Shown in pieces: positions 49,394 to 62,416 of a DNA stretch of 64,000 bases (position 1 is its first letter; every line of letters starts with the position of its first letter). The stretch comes from Desulfobacterales bacterium (lineage in GTDB: Bacteria; Desulfobacterota; Desulfobacteria; Desulfobacterales; UBA2174), in assembly GCA_963668645.2 (NCBI GenBank), contig CAXXWC010000021.1:1024001-1088000 (forward strand), read 5' to 3'. Both the position numbers and the translations under genes were made by a program. The notes below the pieces were generated by a model that had not been told where the DNA came from, ran no database searches, and saw nothing but the letters and a program-made list of their open reading frames with translations.

Positions 49394-50356
49394 TCAGGTG
49401 CGGTGCCTGGCCGGCTGGGACGCGTGCCGCCGCCGCAGAAAAAGGAGAAGGTCGTAGACCCGCACGGCCGCCATGGCCGCCACCAGGCGGGGGATCAAAA
49501 GCCAAAAGATGCCGATCCCAAGGGGCAAAAACATGACCGGATCCTCGATCATGGAATGGTTGATGCCGATGGACAGATGCAGTCGTTTCAGGTCGCGGGG
49601 ATCGAAATTCCCGTTGCGCACCTCCTCGACGATCACCGCGGCGCCGTACAGGATCCCGAACATCATGGCCGAAAGCCACAGCACGGCGACCTGGGGTTTG
49701 AGCCCCAGCAAAACCAGCAGCGGCCGCAAACCGCCGACCAGGTGGCGGATCAGATCGAAGCGGCGCATCCAGGCCAGACTGATCATGATCGCCATCACGA
49801 TCAAAAAAATCTTGACCGCCAACCAAACCATGGCGGTGGCCCAGTCAAGCAGCATGATGTCCAGGGAGGGGCGGCCCGCGGCCGCCACCGCCGGCATGGC
49901 CGCCATTACCGGCCCGTCCTTCAGCAAAAACCACCCGGAAACCAGCACGGTCAAAAAACCCGCGACGAGACGCACCAGGGCAGACATGCCGAGGCTAAAG
50001 CCGGCCTTGGCCTGGATGATCCCCTCCTGGATCAACATATGGGCGATCAGCACGAAAATCGCCACCAGCGTCATTTCGGCCTGGGTCAAGGGGAGCACCG
50101 CCATGGCGGCCACCGCGGCATAGACCCCGGCCAGAGTCCCCAAAACCATGGGCAGGGCCGCAGCGGCCGGCAGTCCCAGCAGATGCGTCACCGGGAAGAG
50201 CAGGCCGTCAAGGCGGCCCAGCACTCCGCTGTACTCGAAAAAAGCCGTGAGCAGGGAAATGGGCACGATGAGCTTGAGAACCCACAGAAAGCTCTGCCAC
50301 CCCTTGTGCAACCCTTCTTCAAGACCCAGCTTCAGTTCGTTCGTTACCTTGTTCAT
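49394..50356 (-). CDS. Membrane protein with two nucleoside-recognition (Gate) domains
   Basis: About eight hydrophobic segments with an internal duplication: LFPVTHLLGLP..IAHMLIQE and LRPLLVLLGLK..INHSMIED. Confidence 0.78.
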   Translation of the reverse strand: MNKVTNELKLGLEEGLHKGWQSFLWVLKLIVPISLLTAFFEYSGVLGRLDGLLFPVTHLLGLPAAAALPMVLGTLAGVYAAVAAMAVLPLTQAEMTLVAIFVLIAHMLIQEGIIQAKAGFSLGMSALVRLVAGFLTVLVSGWFLLKDGPVMAAMPAVAAAGRPSLDIMLLDWATAMVWLAVKIFLIVMAIMISLAWMRRFDLIRHLVGGLRPLLVLLGLKPQVAVLWLSAMMFGILYGAAVIVEEVRNGNFDPRDLKRLHLSIGINHSMIEDPVMFLPLGIGIFWLLIPRLVAAMAAVRVYDLLLFLRRRHASQPARHRT

Positions 50357-50538
50357 CCATTCATCCGGCGCCCGGGAAACGGGCGCTTCGCCGTTTAAAG
50401 TGCACAACAGTGTTCCTCGACGCCCGGCTCAAGTCCACGCCGCCGTCATTCCCCTGCAGGGAATTTCGGCCGCTGTCTAAATCAATTCAAGAACCAAAGC
50501 AAGCACCGTTGTAAAGACCGGTCGGGCGCGGACGCGAT

Positions 50539-51825
50539 TCAGCCGCCGTTTCGGCACCCCATCAGGTCGTACAGGAGGCCGATTAGCTTGTGCTCCAGAA
50601 CATCGTAGGAATAGAAGCGGGCCGCCACGGCGTAGTTGTGTTCGACCATGCGCCGGGCGGCTTCGGGATCGGCCAGGATTCGGCGGGTATGGTCCACGGC
50701 CGCCTGGGTGACGTAGCCGTCAATTTCGATCACCTCGAAGCCCTTGGGTTTGATATCCGTGGCATAGATCGAGTAGTTGTTCACCACGATGGGTCGCTTG
50801 AAGTAGATCGCCTCGAGAAAGGCGTTGCCGAATCCCTCGAAGTTGGACGGATAGGTCACCAGATCCGCGTGCGGATAGATATCTTCCAAGGTGTAGATCT
50901 TGCGGCCGTCGGCCGTGCGCCCCCGCTTTTCATTAATGATCTGGGAGACGAAAAGGGTGTTTACTCCGAGCAGGCGTGAATACTCGTGCAGGCGCTGCTC
51001 GTAGTCGGGCCCCTCGTCCCCGGACGCATGCGAAACCACCAGGCGGGCCTTCAATCCGAGGCGGCTTACCAGTTCGATGGCATGTTCGATCCCCTTGCGC
51101 TTGACCACCCGGGTGGGCTGAAGGATCAGCAGTTCGTCAGGCTCCAGCCCCAGGGCACTGCGTACATCGGCGGCGTAAGCATCCATGGACGGCGGATGCT
51201 TGAAATCCATCACGTTTGGAATGATAGTGGCCGAAATCCCGGTGCGCAGGCTGAGCTGGTTGTCCGCCGAAGAGTTGATCACCACGTGTTGGATCGATGG
51301 CAGATGGGGCGGGAAGGCCATGTTAAGGTACTCCCAGACCGCGTTGGTCATGAAGCGCTGGCGCTCCCAGAAAAAATCGTGATGATGGGCGATGGTGGGA
51401 ATCCCGGTCTCGCTGATGACCTCTGTCAGGGCCAGACCGAGAGGCAGATTCAGGGGAATGGTCAAGGCGTTTTCCGTCAAGAGCAGATTGATGTGAAAGC
51501 GTTCGAGGAATCGGTAGATCTCGTCTTTAAGGTATGACGTGACCTGCCGGATCTGTTGTGTCACGGAGCGCGCCCGGGTACACACACCGAAACAGTTCTG
51601 GTGGATTTCGCGGATCTGCGGATGAAAGAAATGCGCTTCAGGTACCGCGTGGCTGCACTCGGCGGGCCGATCCAGCTCGCCGGCGAGGTAAAAACAGGTA
51701 TAGCCCTTGTTCTCCAGGACCGAGGCCCATTTTTCAGTTTCCAGCGAAACCCCGTCCGTACCGGCCAGGCGGGTCGAGACAATACCGACGTTGTGGGCTT
51801 TACCGCAGATCCGGCATCGCGTCAT
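50539..51825 (-). CDS. Glycosyltransferase family 4 (mannosylglucosylglycerate synthase-like)
   Basis: TRLAGTDGVSLE, HHHDFFWER, QPTRVVKRKGIE and YPSNFEGFGNAFLEA (EX7E). Confidence 0.88.
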   Translation of the reverse strand: MTRCRICGKAHNVGIVSTRLAGTDGVSLETEKWASVLENKGYTCFYLAGELDRPAECSHAVPEAHFFHPQIREIHQNCFGVCTRARSVTQQIRQVTSYLKDEIYRFLERFHINLLLTENALTIPLNLPLGLALTEVISETGIPTIAHHHDFFWERQRFMTNAVWEYLNMAFPPHLPSIQHVVINSSADNQLSLRTGISATIIPNVMDFKHPPSMDAYAADVRSALGLEPDELLILQPTRVVKRKGIEHAIELVSRLGLKARLVVSHASGDEGPDYEQRLHEYSRLLGVNTLFVSQIINEKRGRTADGRKIYTLEDIYPHADLVTYPSNFEGFGNAFLEAIYFKRPIVVNNYSIYATDIKPKGFEVIEIDGYVTQAAVDHTRRILADPEAARRMVEHNYAVAARFYSYDVLEHKLIGLLYDLMGCRNGG

Positions 51826-51924
51826 GGCAGTTCCTTTCTCGCATCGAATCAAATTGGAAAACCCCGGCCTGGGCCTCTTCGGGGCCCATCCGCCGGCCCC
51901 AATGCCTCGAAACCATACAGGCGA

Positions 51925-52497
51925 TCAGCCCATGCAGCTTACCACCGCATGGCGAAAACAGCCGGTTAAATGATCGTTGACCATTCCGGCCGCCTGCATG
52001 AAGGCGTAACAGATGGTCGGCCCCACGAAGGTAAACCCGCGCTGTTTCAGATCCCGGCTCATGGCGACCGCCTCGGGGCTAGTGACCGGCACCTCGGCCA
52101 TGGTGGCCCAGGCGTTTTGAATCGGCCGGCCCTCGACAAAACGCCACAGGTAGGCATCCAGGCTGCCGAATGCCTCGCACAGGTCCAGGCAGGCCCGGGC
52201 ATTGGCCACTGCCGACGCGATCTTGCGCCGGTTGCGCACGATGCCCGCATCGGCCATGAGGCGTTCGATTTGATCGGGGCCGTAGGCCGCCATCTTCCCC
52301 GGATCGAAGCCGTCGAAGGCCCTGCGGTAGTTGTCGCGCTTTTTGAGAATGGTCAGCCAGCTCAATCCGGCCTGGGCCCCGTCAAGAATCAAGGCTTCGA
52401 ACAGACGCCGATCCTCGTGCAGGGGAACCCCCCATTCGACATCATGGTACTGGATGTAAAGCGGGTCGGTGCCGGGCCATGGGCAGCGTATCGTCAT
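51925..52497 (-). CDS. tag: DNA-3-methyladenine glycosylase I
   Basis: RCPW, YHDVEWG, QAGLSW, IVRNRRKI, FVGPTICYAFMQA and DHLTGC. Confidence 0.96.
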   Translation of the reverse strand: MTIRCPWPGTDPLYIQYHDVEWGVPLHEDRRLFEALILDGAQAGLSWLTILKKRDNYRRAFDGFDPGKMAAYGPDQIERLMADAGIVRNRRKIASAVANARACLDLCEAFGSLDAYLWRFVEGRPIQNAWATMAEVPVTSPEAVAMSRDLKQRGFTFVGPTICYAFMQAAGMVNDHLTGCFRHAVVSCMG

Positions 52498-52893
52498 GGG
52501 GCACTCCCGGAGCCGCCACATGACGGCCATCTGAGGGTTATGGCGCCGTATCCGGCACCTGCATAGGATCTACTCTATTTTGCCCCGCCCTCTCCCGTCA
52601 ACCGGTATCCCTTCGTCAGCGCGCAAAGCCAGCCGGCAGGCTCACGGCCGACCCCGACGCAATTGCGGAAGAAAAGATATATGTTTCCACAGAAGAATAT
52701 CAGACCGGAACCATCTGCGGTCACTTCGGCCTCGCAGGGAATTGCTGCGGGCCGTTGGCAAGCATTTGACATTCAACGGTTGAAAAAGTACCCTTCGCGG
52801 GTACATCTGCTGTGGCAGCAGGCCCGATGGGATTGAAATCAACATCAAAGCGCGGCAAAGTCGCCCGGGCTTTGCGTGCGGTCACATTTTGAA

Positions 52894-53499
52894 ATGACGG
52901 ATAACTACGCCAAACTCGTCCGTGCCAACCTCGCACGCCTGGATTCCGAACGTATTGCCCGGCTAGCCCAATGGCTGCCGGCGCACCGAGAAAAGGATGA
53001 ATGGCACTTTGCGGCCTTCGGCCGCCGCTGCTGTCTTTCGCCGGCGGGCATCACCCTGGACGACCGGCCCGAACAAGGTGTTATGGGGATACTGATCTCC
53101 CTTTACGCGCTGCATGCAGGTCCGGCCCCCCTGGTGTTGACACCGCTCAAGGCCTACAAGGAATTTGAGGGCAGCGGCCCGTATGCCGGCGCTTTTGCCA
53201 GCCATACCGAAACGGTTCTGGTTCCCCATGTGGCCCGGCTCATGGCCCACGGCAGCCGGCTGCGCAAGAGCTTCGACGGCGACCCGACCCCGGCCGGAAC
53301 CCCGGGCGATGCGGCTTTTATGGTGCGCCCGCTGCCCAAGATCGCCCTGTGCTACATCCTCTACGCCGCCGACGAGGAGTTCCCGGCCGCGGCGACCTGC
53401 CTCTATTCAGCCAACGCGAACGCCTTTCTGCCCCTGGACGCCTTGGCCGACGTGGGCGAATACACTTCCCGGCGGCTCATCGAATTGGCAGCCGGCTGA
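52894..53499 (+). CDS. DUF3786 family protein
   Basis: ILISLYAL, GDAAF..PLPKIAL.YILY.ADEEFPA and FLPLDAL pattern. Confidence 0.78.
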   Translation: MTDNYAKLVRANLARLDSERIARLAQWLPAHREKDEWHFAAFGRRCCLSPAGITLDDRPEQGVMGILISLYALHAGPAPLVLTPLKAYKEFEGSGPYAGAFASHTETVLVPHVARLMAHGSRLRKSFDGDPTPAGTPGDAAFMVRPLPKIALCYILYAADEEFPAAATCLYSANANAFLPLDALADVGEYTSRRLIELAAG

Positions 53500-53512
53500 C
53501 GAGCGGTCCGCC

Positions 53513-53758
53513 TCAGCGCTTCGCCTTTTTCGGGGTTCCGGGCACACCGCTTCCGGCTTGGCCGCCGTTCTTTTCGGCGATCCCCAGTTTGGCAAGGATG
53601 TCCTCCATCAAACACCAGCCGGTGACGGCCGATTGCAGCAGGTTCAATCCGACAAAGGCGGTGAAAAAAAGCCAGTAGCGGTTATGGAACCAGGCGAGGG
53701 CAACGGAAATCAGGATGAATGTACCCGCGATGGCACGGATGTATCGTTCCATTTTCAT
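53513..53758 (-). CDS. DUF2892/YgaP-like small membrane protein
   Basis: ERYIRAIAG..FVGLNLLQSAVTGWCLME, two TM helices. Confidence 0.85.
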   Translation of the reverse strand: MKMERYIRAIAGTFILISVALAWFHNRYWLFFTAFVGLNLLQSAVTGWCLMEDILAKLGIAEKNGGQAGSGVPGTPKKAKR

Positions 53759-54188
53759 AGTCGTCTTCCTTTCCGCTTGCGTTGCTGATCCAGGCTGAGG
53801 GTCTCAAGCCCTGGGTGCCTTGTGCAACACTATTTCGGATTTGATCGATATAAACGGCACCGCGAGGTTCCCCGGCTTGCCGGGTTTCTCGAACCATTCG
53901 GATCGCCCCTGGGCCGTATTCGGCAAAGATAGCGTCACAACCGGGTTTTTTCAACTTGCCGTACCATGGAAATCGGAATCCAACGCTTTCGTCCTCGGGG
54001 AAACCGGCAGATTTCGGATTTCTCCGAAAAACCGCCAGAGCCAGCATTTACGATCGGAAATGGCGTGATCCTTCGATTGACTCAAACCACATTGACAGGG
54101 TAAAGCGTTTTCCGATTCGAATCCAAGGCAAAAGAGGGCACATTTTTTCATTTGCAGCAGACTATAGAAACCGTTATCGGAGGCCCAT

Positions 54189-55400
54189 TTGAACCGATCC
54201 GAAAGCCAAGCGACACCCGCGGCAAACGGATGCAAGCCCGATCTTCCCGAGCAGCGCCTGGAAACCCGCCAGCGTATCGTCTGGGGCGATGCCGCCGATC
54301 TTTCCGTTTTGACCGACCAAAGCATCGATCTGGTGGTCACCTCCCCACCTTACCCCATGATCGCCATGTGGGACGACGTTTTCAAAAGCCAATCGTCTGA
54401 GGTCGCCCGGGCCTTTTCCCGCAAAAACGGCATGGAGACCTTCGAGGCCATGCACCAGGTTCTGGACCGGGTATGGGATGAACTATGGCGGGTCCTGAAA
54501 CCCGGGGCCGTGGCCTGTATCAACATCGGCGACGCGGTGCGCACCATCGACGGGGTCTTCACCCTCTACCCCAACCATGCGCGGATTCTCGCGGCGCTGG
54601 TCCGCATCGGCTTCAATCCTTTGCCGGCCGTCATCTGGCGCAAGCAGACCAATGCACCCAACAAGTTCATGGGCTCGGGCATGCTCCCGGCCGGGGCCTA
54701 CGTGACCCTGGAGCACGAATTCGTCCTGGTGGTTCGCAAGGGCGACAAGCGCCCCTTTACCGCCCCCGAGGACAAGCTGCGCCGCCAGCAAAGCGCCTAT
54801 TTCTGGGAGGAGCGCAACCAGTGGTTTTCAGATGTCTGGTTCGAACTCAAAGGAACCCGCCAGAAACTGTCCCGAACCGAGCGCGCCCGCAGCGGAGCCT
54901 TTCCCCTGGAGCTGGCCTATCGTCTCATCTGCATGTACGCCCTGCGCGCGGACACGGTGCTCGATCCCTTCCTGGGTACCGGATCGACGCTGATCGCCGC
55001 CATGGCCGCCGGCCGGGCCGGCATCGGCGTAGAGATCGACCGGAGCCTGGAAAGCGCCATCCGCGCCGGCATCGATGAAGCGGTCCGCTGGGCCAACGCC
55101 CGTGTCGATCAGCGCCTTGCGAACCACGAGCAATTCGTCGCCGCCCGGATCGAATCCCACGGTCCTTTGCGCCATCGCAACGTCCATTATGGATTTCCGG
55201 TGGTCACCGCCCAGGAGACCCAGCTTTGGCTCGAACGTCCGACGGCGGTGCACCCCCTGTCCAAAGACGAATTCGCCGTCGTTTATGCGCCCATGGCCCC
55301 TGGCGGAGATCTGCAAAAGGCCCCGCAGCCCCCGGCACCGGCACCTGCCGGGTACAGCCAACCCGGCAGGGCCCACCAACTGCGCCTGCCAGACCCTTGA
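54189..55400 (+). CDS. Amino (N4-C/N6-A) DNA methyltransferase, beta class, orphan
   Basis: TSPPY motif IV precedes DPFLGTGST motif I; TTG start after GGAGG. Confidence 0.9.
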   Translation: MNRSESQATPAANGCKPDLPEQRLETRQRIVWGDAADLSVLTDQSIDLVVTSPPYPMIAMWDDVFKSQSSEVARAFSRKNGMETFEAMHQVLDRVWDELWRVLKPGAVACINIGDAVRTIDGVFTLYPNHARILAALVRIGFNPLPAVIWRKQTNAPNKFMGSGMLPAGAYVTLEHEFVLVVRKGDKRPFTAPEDKLRRQQSAYFWEERNQWFSDVWFELKGTRQKLSRTERARSGAFPLELAYRLICMYALRADTVLDPFLGTGSTLIAAMAAGRAGIGVEIDRSLESAIRAGIDEAVRWANARVDQRLANHEQFVAARIESHGPLRHRNVHYGFPVVTAQETQLWLERPTAVHPLSKDEFAVVYAPMAPGGDLQKAPQPPAPAPAGYSQPGRAHQLRLPDP

Positions 55401-55627
55401 AGCGACCCTGACGATAAAGCCTCTTCTCCTAATTGGCATGAACCTTGAGAACTGAACGAATCGGCATATCCCGTTAAACGGCCCATCCGCGCCAGGCTCC
55501 TTTTGAGGCCGCCCTTTGTTTCCAGAACAACTAAAAAATCATCTTTACTTTTCAGTCCATCTAATATTTATTCCCCCACGATCCGCGCTATCCTGCAGCC
55601 CGTACCGTCAGCTCAAAAGGAGACACC

Positions 55628-58828
<3,201 letters not shown>

Positions 58829-58976
58829 TCTTCCGCGGTCCAGCACCCAGGCGGCCGGTTCCACGGGACCGGCCGCAAAAAAATCCCAGCCGGCAAAACG
58901 CATATGTGGTAAAAAAGAGTACCCGAACCATCGGTTGCCATGGGCCGTGACCTGCCCGTTGCCAGAGACTTGAATC

Positions 58977-59531
58977 ATGAACGTGACCCGTACCCCCATC
59001 CAAGATCTGGTCATCCTCGATCCCCGGGTTTTTGGAGACGCGCGGGGTTATTTTTTCGAGACCTATAACCAGGACACGTTCGAGCGCCTGGGAATCCGGA
59101 TTCACTGGGTGCAGGACAACCACAGCCGCTCTGAGGCGGGTGTGCTGCGCGGTTTGCACTATCAGGCCGGCGCCAGCGCCCAGGACAAGTTGGTGCGCGT
59201 GACCGCCGGAGCCGCCTTCGACGTGGCGGTGGACTTGCGCCGCGCCAGTAAGAGCTTCGGGCGCTGGTTCGGGGTTGAACTCAGCGCCGAAAACAAACGC
59301 ATGCTGCTCATTCCCAGAGGCTTCGCTCACGGCTTCCTGGCCCTGGCCCAAGGCACCGAAGTGCAATACAAGTGCTCGCAGCGCTACGACCCGGCCGCCG
59401 AGCGCGGAATCATCTGGAACGATGCGACACTGGCCATCGCCTGGCCCCTGTCCTCCGGTTCACCGTTGCTTTCCGAACGGGACCGGGCCTGGCCGGAGCT
59501 TGCCGCCGTCGCCAGGGAGGATCTGTTTTGA
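58977..59531 (+). CDS. rfbC: dTDP-4-dehydrorhamnose 3,5-epimerase
   Basis: FGDARGYFFE, QDNHSRS..GVLRGLHYQ, DVAVDLR and GFAHGF. Confidence 0.96.
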   Translation: MNVTRTPIQDLVILDPRVFGDARGYFFETYNQDTFERLGIRIHWVQDNHSRSEAGVLRGLHYQAGASAQDKLVRVTAGAAFDVAVDLRRASKSFGRWFGVELSAENKRMLLIPRGFAHGFLALAQGTEVQYKCSQRYDPAAERGIIWNDATLAIAWPLSSGSPLLSERDRAWPELAAVAREDLF

Positions 59532-60382
59532 GCCGCATTCTGGTCACCGGCTGCCGCGGAATGCTCGGACGCACCCTGATACGGCAGATCGGTGCCGATC
59601 ATGAGGTGATCGGCACCGATCTGCCGGACGTGGACCTGACCCGGCCCGCAGCGACGGATGTGCTTGTCGGCGGTGTGAAGGCTGCGGTGGTGGTTCACAC
59701 GGCGGCCTTTACCGCCGTGGACCGCTGCGAAAGCGAACCGGACCTTGCCTTTGCGGCCAACGCCCTGGCCACAACCAACCTGGCTGCGGCCTGCCACCGG
59801 CACGGTGCCCGCCTGATCGCCATCGGCACGGACTACGTTTTTTCCGGCGAGCTGGAGGACCGCCCCTACCATGAATGGGACCGGCCGGACCCGCGCACCG
59901 TCTACGGCCAAAGCAAGCTGGCCGGAGAAGCGGCCGTGACCCGCCACTGCCCGGATCACACCATCTTGCGCATCGCCTGGCTCTATGGCCCTGGAGGACC
60001 GAGCTTCGTGCACACGATGCTCAAACTGGGGGCCCAAGACGGGCCGCCCCTCAAGGTGGTCAACGACCAGAGGGGCAACCCGACCAGCACGGATGTGGTG
60101 GCAGCGGTGATCGGCCGGCTGCTGGACCACCCGCTTGCCGGCACCGTGCATGCCACCTGTGAAGGGGAAACGACGTGGTACGAACTGGCCCGCACGATTT
60201 TTGAAATGCGCGGTTTCTCGCGGCCGATCGTGCCGTGCACCAGCGCCGAATTTCCGCGCCCGGCGCCGCGGCCGGCCAACTCACGTCTGGAAAAGCGGGT
60301 TTGGCGCCTGGCGGGGATGCCGGCGCTGCCCGACTGGCGCGAAGCGCTGGAACGATTCTTTAGAGCGCACCCGGCCGGATAG
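59528..60382 (+). CDS. rfbD: dTDP-4-dehydrorhamnose reductase
   Basis: VTGCRGMLG, TAVDRCE, TDYVF, YGQSK and PAPRP; TTG start overlaps the rfbC stop. Confidence 0.94.
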   Translation: MSRILVTGCRGMLGRTLIRQIGADHEVIGTDLPDVDLTRPAATDVLVGGVKAAVVVHTAAFTAVDRCESEPDLAFAANALATTNLAAACHRHGARLIAIGTDYVFSGELEDRPYHEWDRPDPRTVYGQSKLAGEAAVTRHCPDHTILRIAWLYGPGGPSFVHTMLKLGAQDGPPLKVVNDQRGNPTSTDVVAAVIGRLLDHPLAGTVHATCEGETTWYELARTIFEMRGFSRPIVPCTSAEFPRPAPRPANSRLEKRVWRLAGMPALPDWREALERFFRAHPAG

Positions 60383-60392
60383 GAGGCCTGGA

Positions 60393-61403
60393 TCAGGGAA
60401 GAACGGACCGATCGGCATCTCGGATAGGGCCTCCTTGGCAGGCACAACTTGAACGCAGCCCGGACGATTCCGGCCGGGGCGGCGAAGATCGCATTGAGGC
60501 TCCGACCTCCACCGCCGGACTTGCCATTTTTCCGATCCTCTCTTCGACCAGATAGGCATCCGCGGCCCTTTTACCGACCTTCGCGCCTGCATCATGGGCG
60601 GGCTTCTTCCAACCTGGTAAAACGAAACGGTTAAAAGTCTCGGGCACGCAGACCCTGCCCCCGCCTTCCAGTTCGATTACATCGACGCAGGTATTGTAAA
60701 GCCGGTAAAGGTTGGCCTGGGTGACCACCTCGCCCGCGGTCCCTTCGGCCACCACCCGCCCGTTTTCGAGCATGATCACGCGGTCGGATACCCACAGGGC
60801 ATGGTCCGGAAAGTGGGTGGTCTTGATGAAGGTATAGCCGTCGCGGGCCAGATCGGCGATGCGCTCCAGAAGGCGCACTTGGTTGCCGTAGTCCAGCCCG
60901 TTGGCCGGTTCGTCCATGATGAAGATATCCGCCGCCTGGACAAGGGCGCGGGCGATGAGCACCAGTTGGCGCTCGCCGCCGCTGATGCCGGTGTAGGGCC
61001 GGTCTTTGAGGTGGCCGATGGAAAGCCGGTCCAGAGCCTTGAGGGCCATCTTTCGGTCCGCGGCACCGAAGCGAAAAAAGAACGGCTTGTGGGGCATGCG
61101 GCCCATGAGCACCACGTCCAGCACCCGGTAGCCGAAGGCCGCCAGATGGATCTGGGGCACATAGGCGATGCGCCGGGCTCTTTGCCGCGGAGCGATGGCT
61201 GTCACCGGCCGGCCGTCCAGCCGCACCTGGCCCTGCCAGGGCCGGGTGAGACCGAGCAGCAGCTTGAGCAGCGTGGTCTTGCCGCTGCCGTTGGGCCCCA
61301 GCAGGCACACAACCTCGCCGGGGGCCACGGCGAGCGAGACGTCTTCGAGGACCGGCAGGCGTGTGTAGCCGAAAGTGATGTGATCGACGCTGATCAGGGC
61401 CAT
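60393..61403 (-). CDS. Iron-chelate/cobalamin ABC transporter ATPase
   Basis: GPNGSGKT, ISGGERQ, IMDEP and TTH; long C-terminal tail. Confidence 0.9.
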   Translation of the reverse strand: MALISVDHITFGYTRLPVLEDVSLAVAPGEVVCLLGPNGSGKTTLLKLLLGLTRPWQGQVRLDGRPVTAIAPRQRARRIAYVPQIHLAAFGYRVLDVVLMGRMPHKPFFFRFGAADRKMALKALDRLSIGHLKDRPYTGISGGERQLVLIARALVQAADIFIMDEPANGLDYGNQVRLLERIADLARDGYTFIKTTHFPDHALWVSDRVIMLENGRVVAEGTAGEVVTQANLYRLYNTCVDVIELEGGGRVCVPETFNRFVLPGWKKPAHDAGAKVGKRAADAYLVEERIGKMASPAVEVGASMRSSPPRPESSGLRSSCACQGGPIRDADRSVLP

Positions 61404-62416
61404 CAGTGCCATCCTTTCCTGGCCTTGTGCAGCACGAAGGCGAAAAAGGGGATGCCGATCAGGGAGGTCAGTATCCCGATGGGCACTTCCACACTGAAAA
61501 GCAGCCGGGCGATGTTGTCGGCAATCAACAGGTAAGTTGCCCCGATGAGGGCTGCTGCCGGCAGCAGGATGCGGTTGTCCGGTCCCACGAGCATGCGGGC
61601 GATGTGGGGCACCAGCAGCCCCACCCAGCCGATGATACCGCCCAGCACCACGGTCAGGGCGCTGGTCACGGTGGCCAGAAAGATGAACAGCAGCCGCAGC
61701 AGGCCGACGTTGACGCCCAGGGTGCGCGCCTCTTCGTCCCCCATGCTCAGCACGTTGAGGTATCCGCCCAGCAACACCAAAACGAGCGTGCCGCCGGCCA
61801 TGGGCCCGGTGGCGGCCAGGACCGTGGCCCGGTCGACGGCCGAAAGGCCGCCCATCAGCCAGTAAATAATGGCCGGGAGCTGTTCGTAAGGATCGGCCAG
61901 ATATTTGACCACCGACAACAGCGAGGTAAAGAGCGCGCCGCTGACGATGCCGCCCAGGATCAGCATCAGCAGCCGATCGGAGCGGTTAAAGGCCGACACG
62001 GCCAGGGCTGCCACTACGGCGATCAGGCCGAAACCGAAAGCCAAAGCCTGCACCATCCACCAGCTGCCGGCCAGGATCATGCCCACCGCGGCACCGAAGG
62101 AAGCCCCGGCCAGCACGCCCAGAAGCCCCGGGGAAACCAGAGGATTGATAAACATCGACTGAAATACCGCCCCGGAAACCGAAAGGGCCGCGCCGATGAG
62201 TACGGCGGCCATAATGCGTGGCAGACGGATATCGACCAGAACGTTGGCGATGATATGGGTCTGCCGGTCTGCAAGGGCCGGGGTATGAGAGAAGAGGCAG
62301 CCGCAAAAATCGGCCAGTTGCGCGCCGGTGACCGGGTAACGGCCCAGGGTGAGGGAAAAGCCGGCCGCCAGGCAGAGTATTACGAGCAGCACCGGGATGA
62401 TCAGCGCTCGCTTCAC
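61403..62416 (-). CDS. FecCD/BtuC family ABC permease
   Basis: IRLPR, NPLVSP, GDEEARTLG, IGWVGLLVPHIAR and EVPIG; GTG start overlaps the upstream stop. Confidence 0.93.
   Translation of the reverse strand: MKRALIIPVLLVILCLAAGFSLTLGRYPVTGAQLADFCGCLFSHTPALADRQTHIIANVLVDIRLPRIMAAVLIGAALSVSGAVFQSMFINPLVSPGLLGVLAGASFGAAVGMILAGSWWMVQALAFGFGLIAVVAALAVSAFNRSDRLLMLILGGIVSGALFTSLLSVVKYLADPYEQLPAIIYWLMGGLSAVDRATVLAATGPMAGGTLVLVLLGGYLNVLSMGDEEARTLGVNVGLLRLLFIFLATVTSALTVVLGGIIGWVGLLVPHIARMLVGPDNRILLPAAALIGATYLLIADNIARLLFSVEVPIGILTSLIGIPFFAFVLHKARKGWH

Noticed and set aside
52560..52890. Riboswitch (c-di-GMP-like GCGCAAAGC) in the tag/DUF3786 intergenic region
   Set aside because: The upstream GGCAAA/GAAA stem and downstream consensus are missing; only short hairpins are present
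53960..54030. Hammerhead-like GAGGACGAAA on the minus strand
   Set aside because: No CUGAUGA core or matching stems
55433..55449. TTGGCATGAACCTTGAG, a sigma-54-like site upstream of carB
   Set aside because: The -12 is GA rather than GC and no supporting enhancer was seen; too weak to call
58851..58883. GC-rich hairpin after carB as a terminator
   Set aside because: It is followed by an A-run rather than a T-run, so it lacks a U-tract in the right position on either strand
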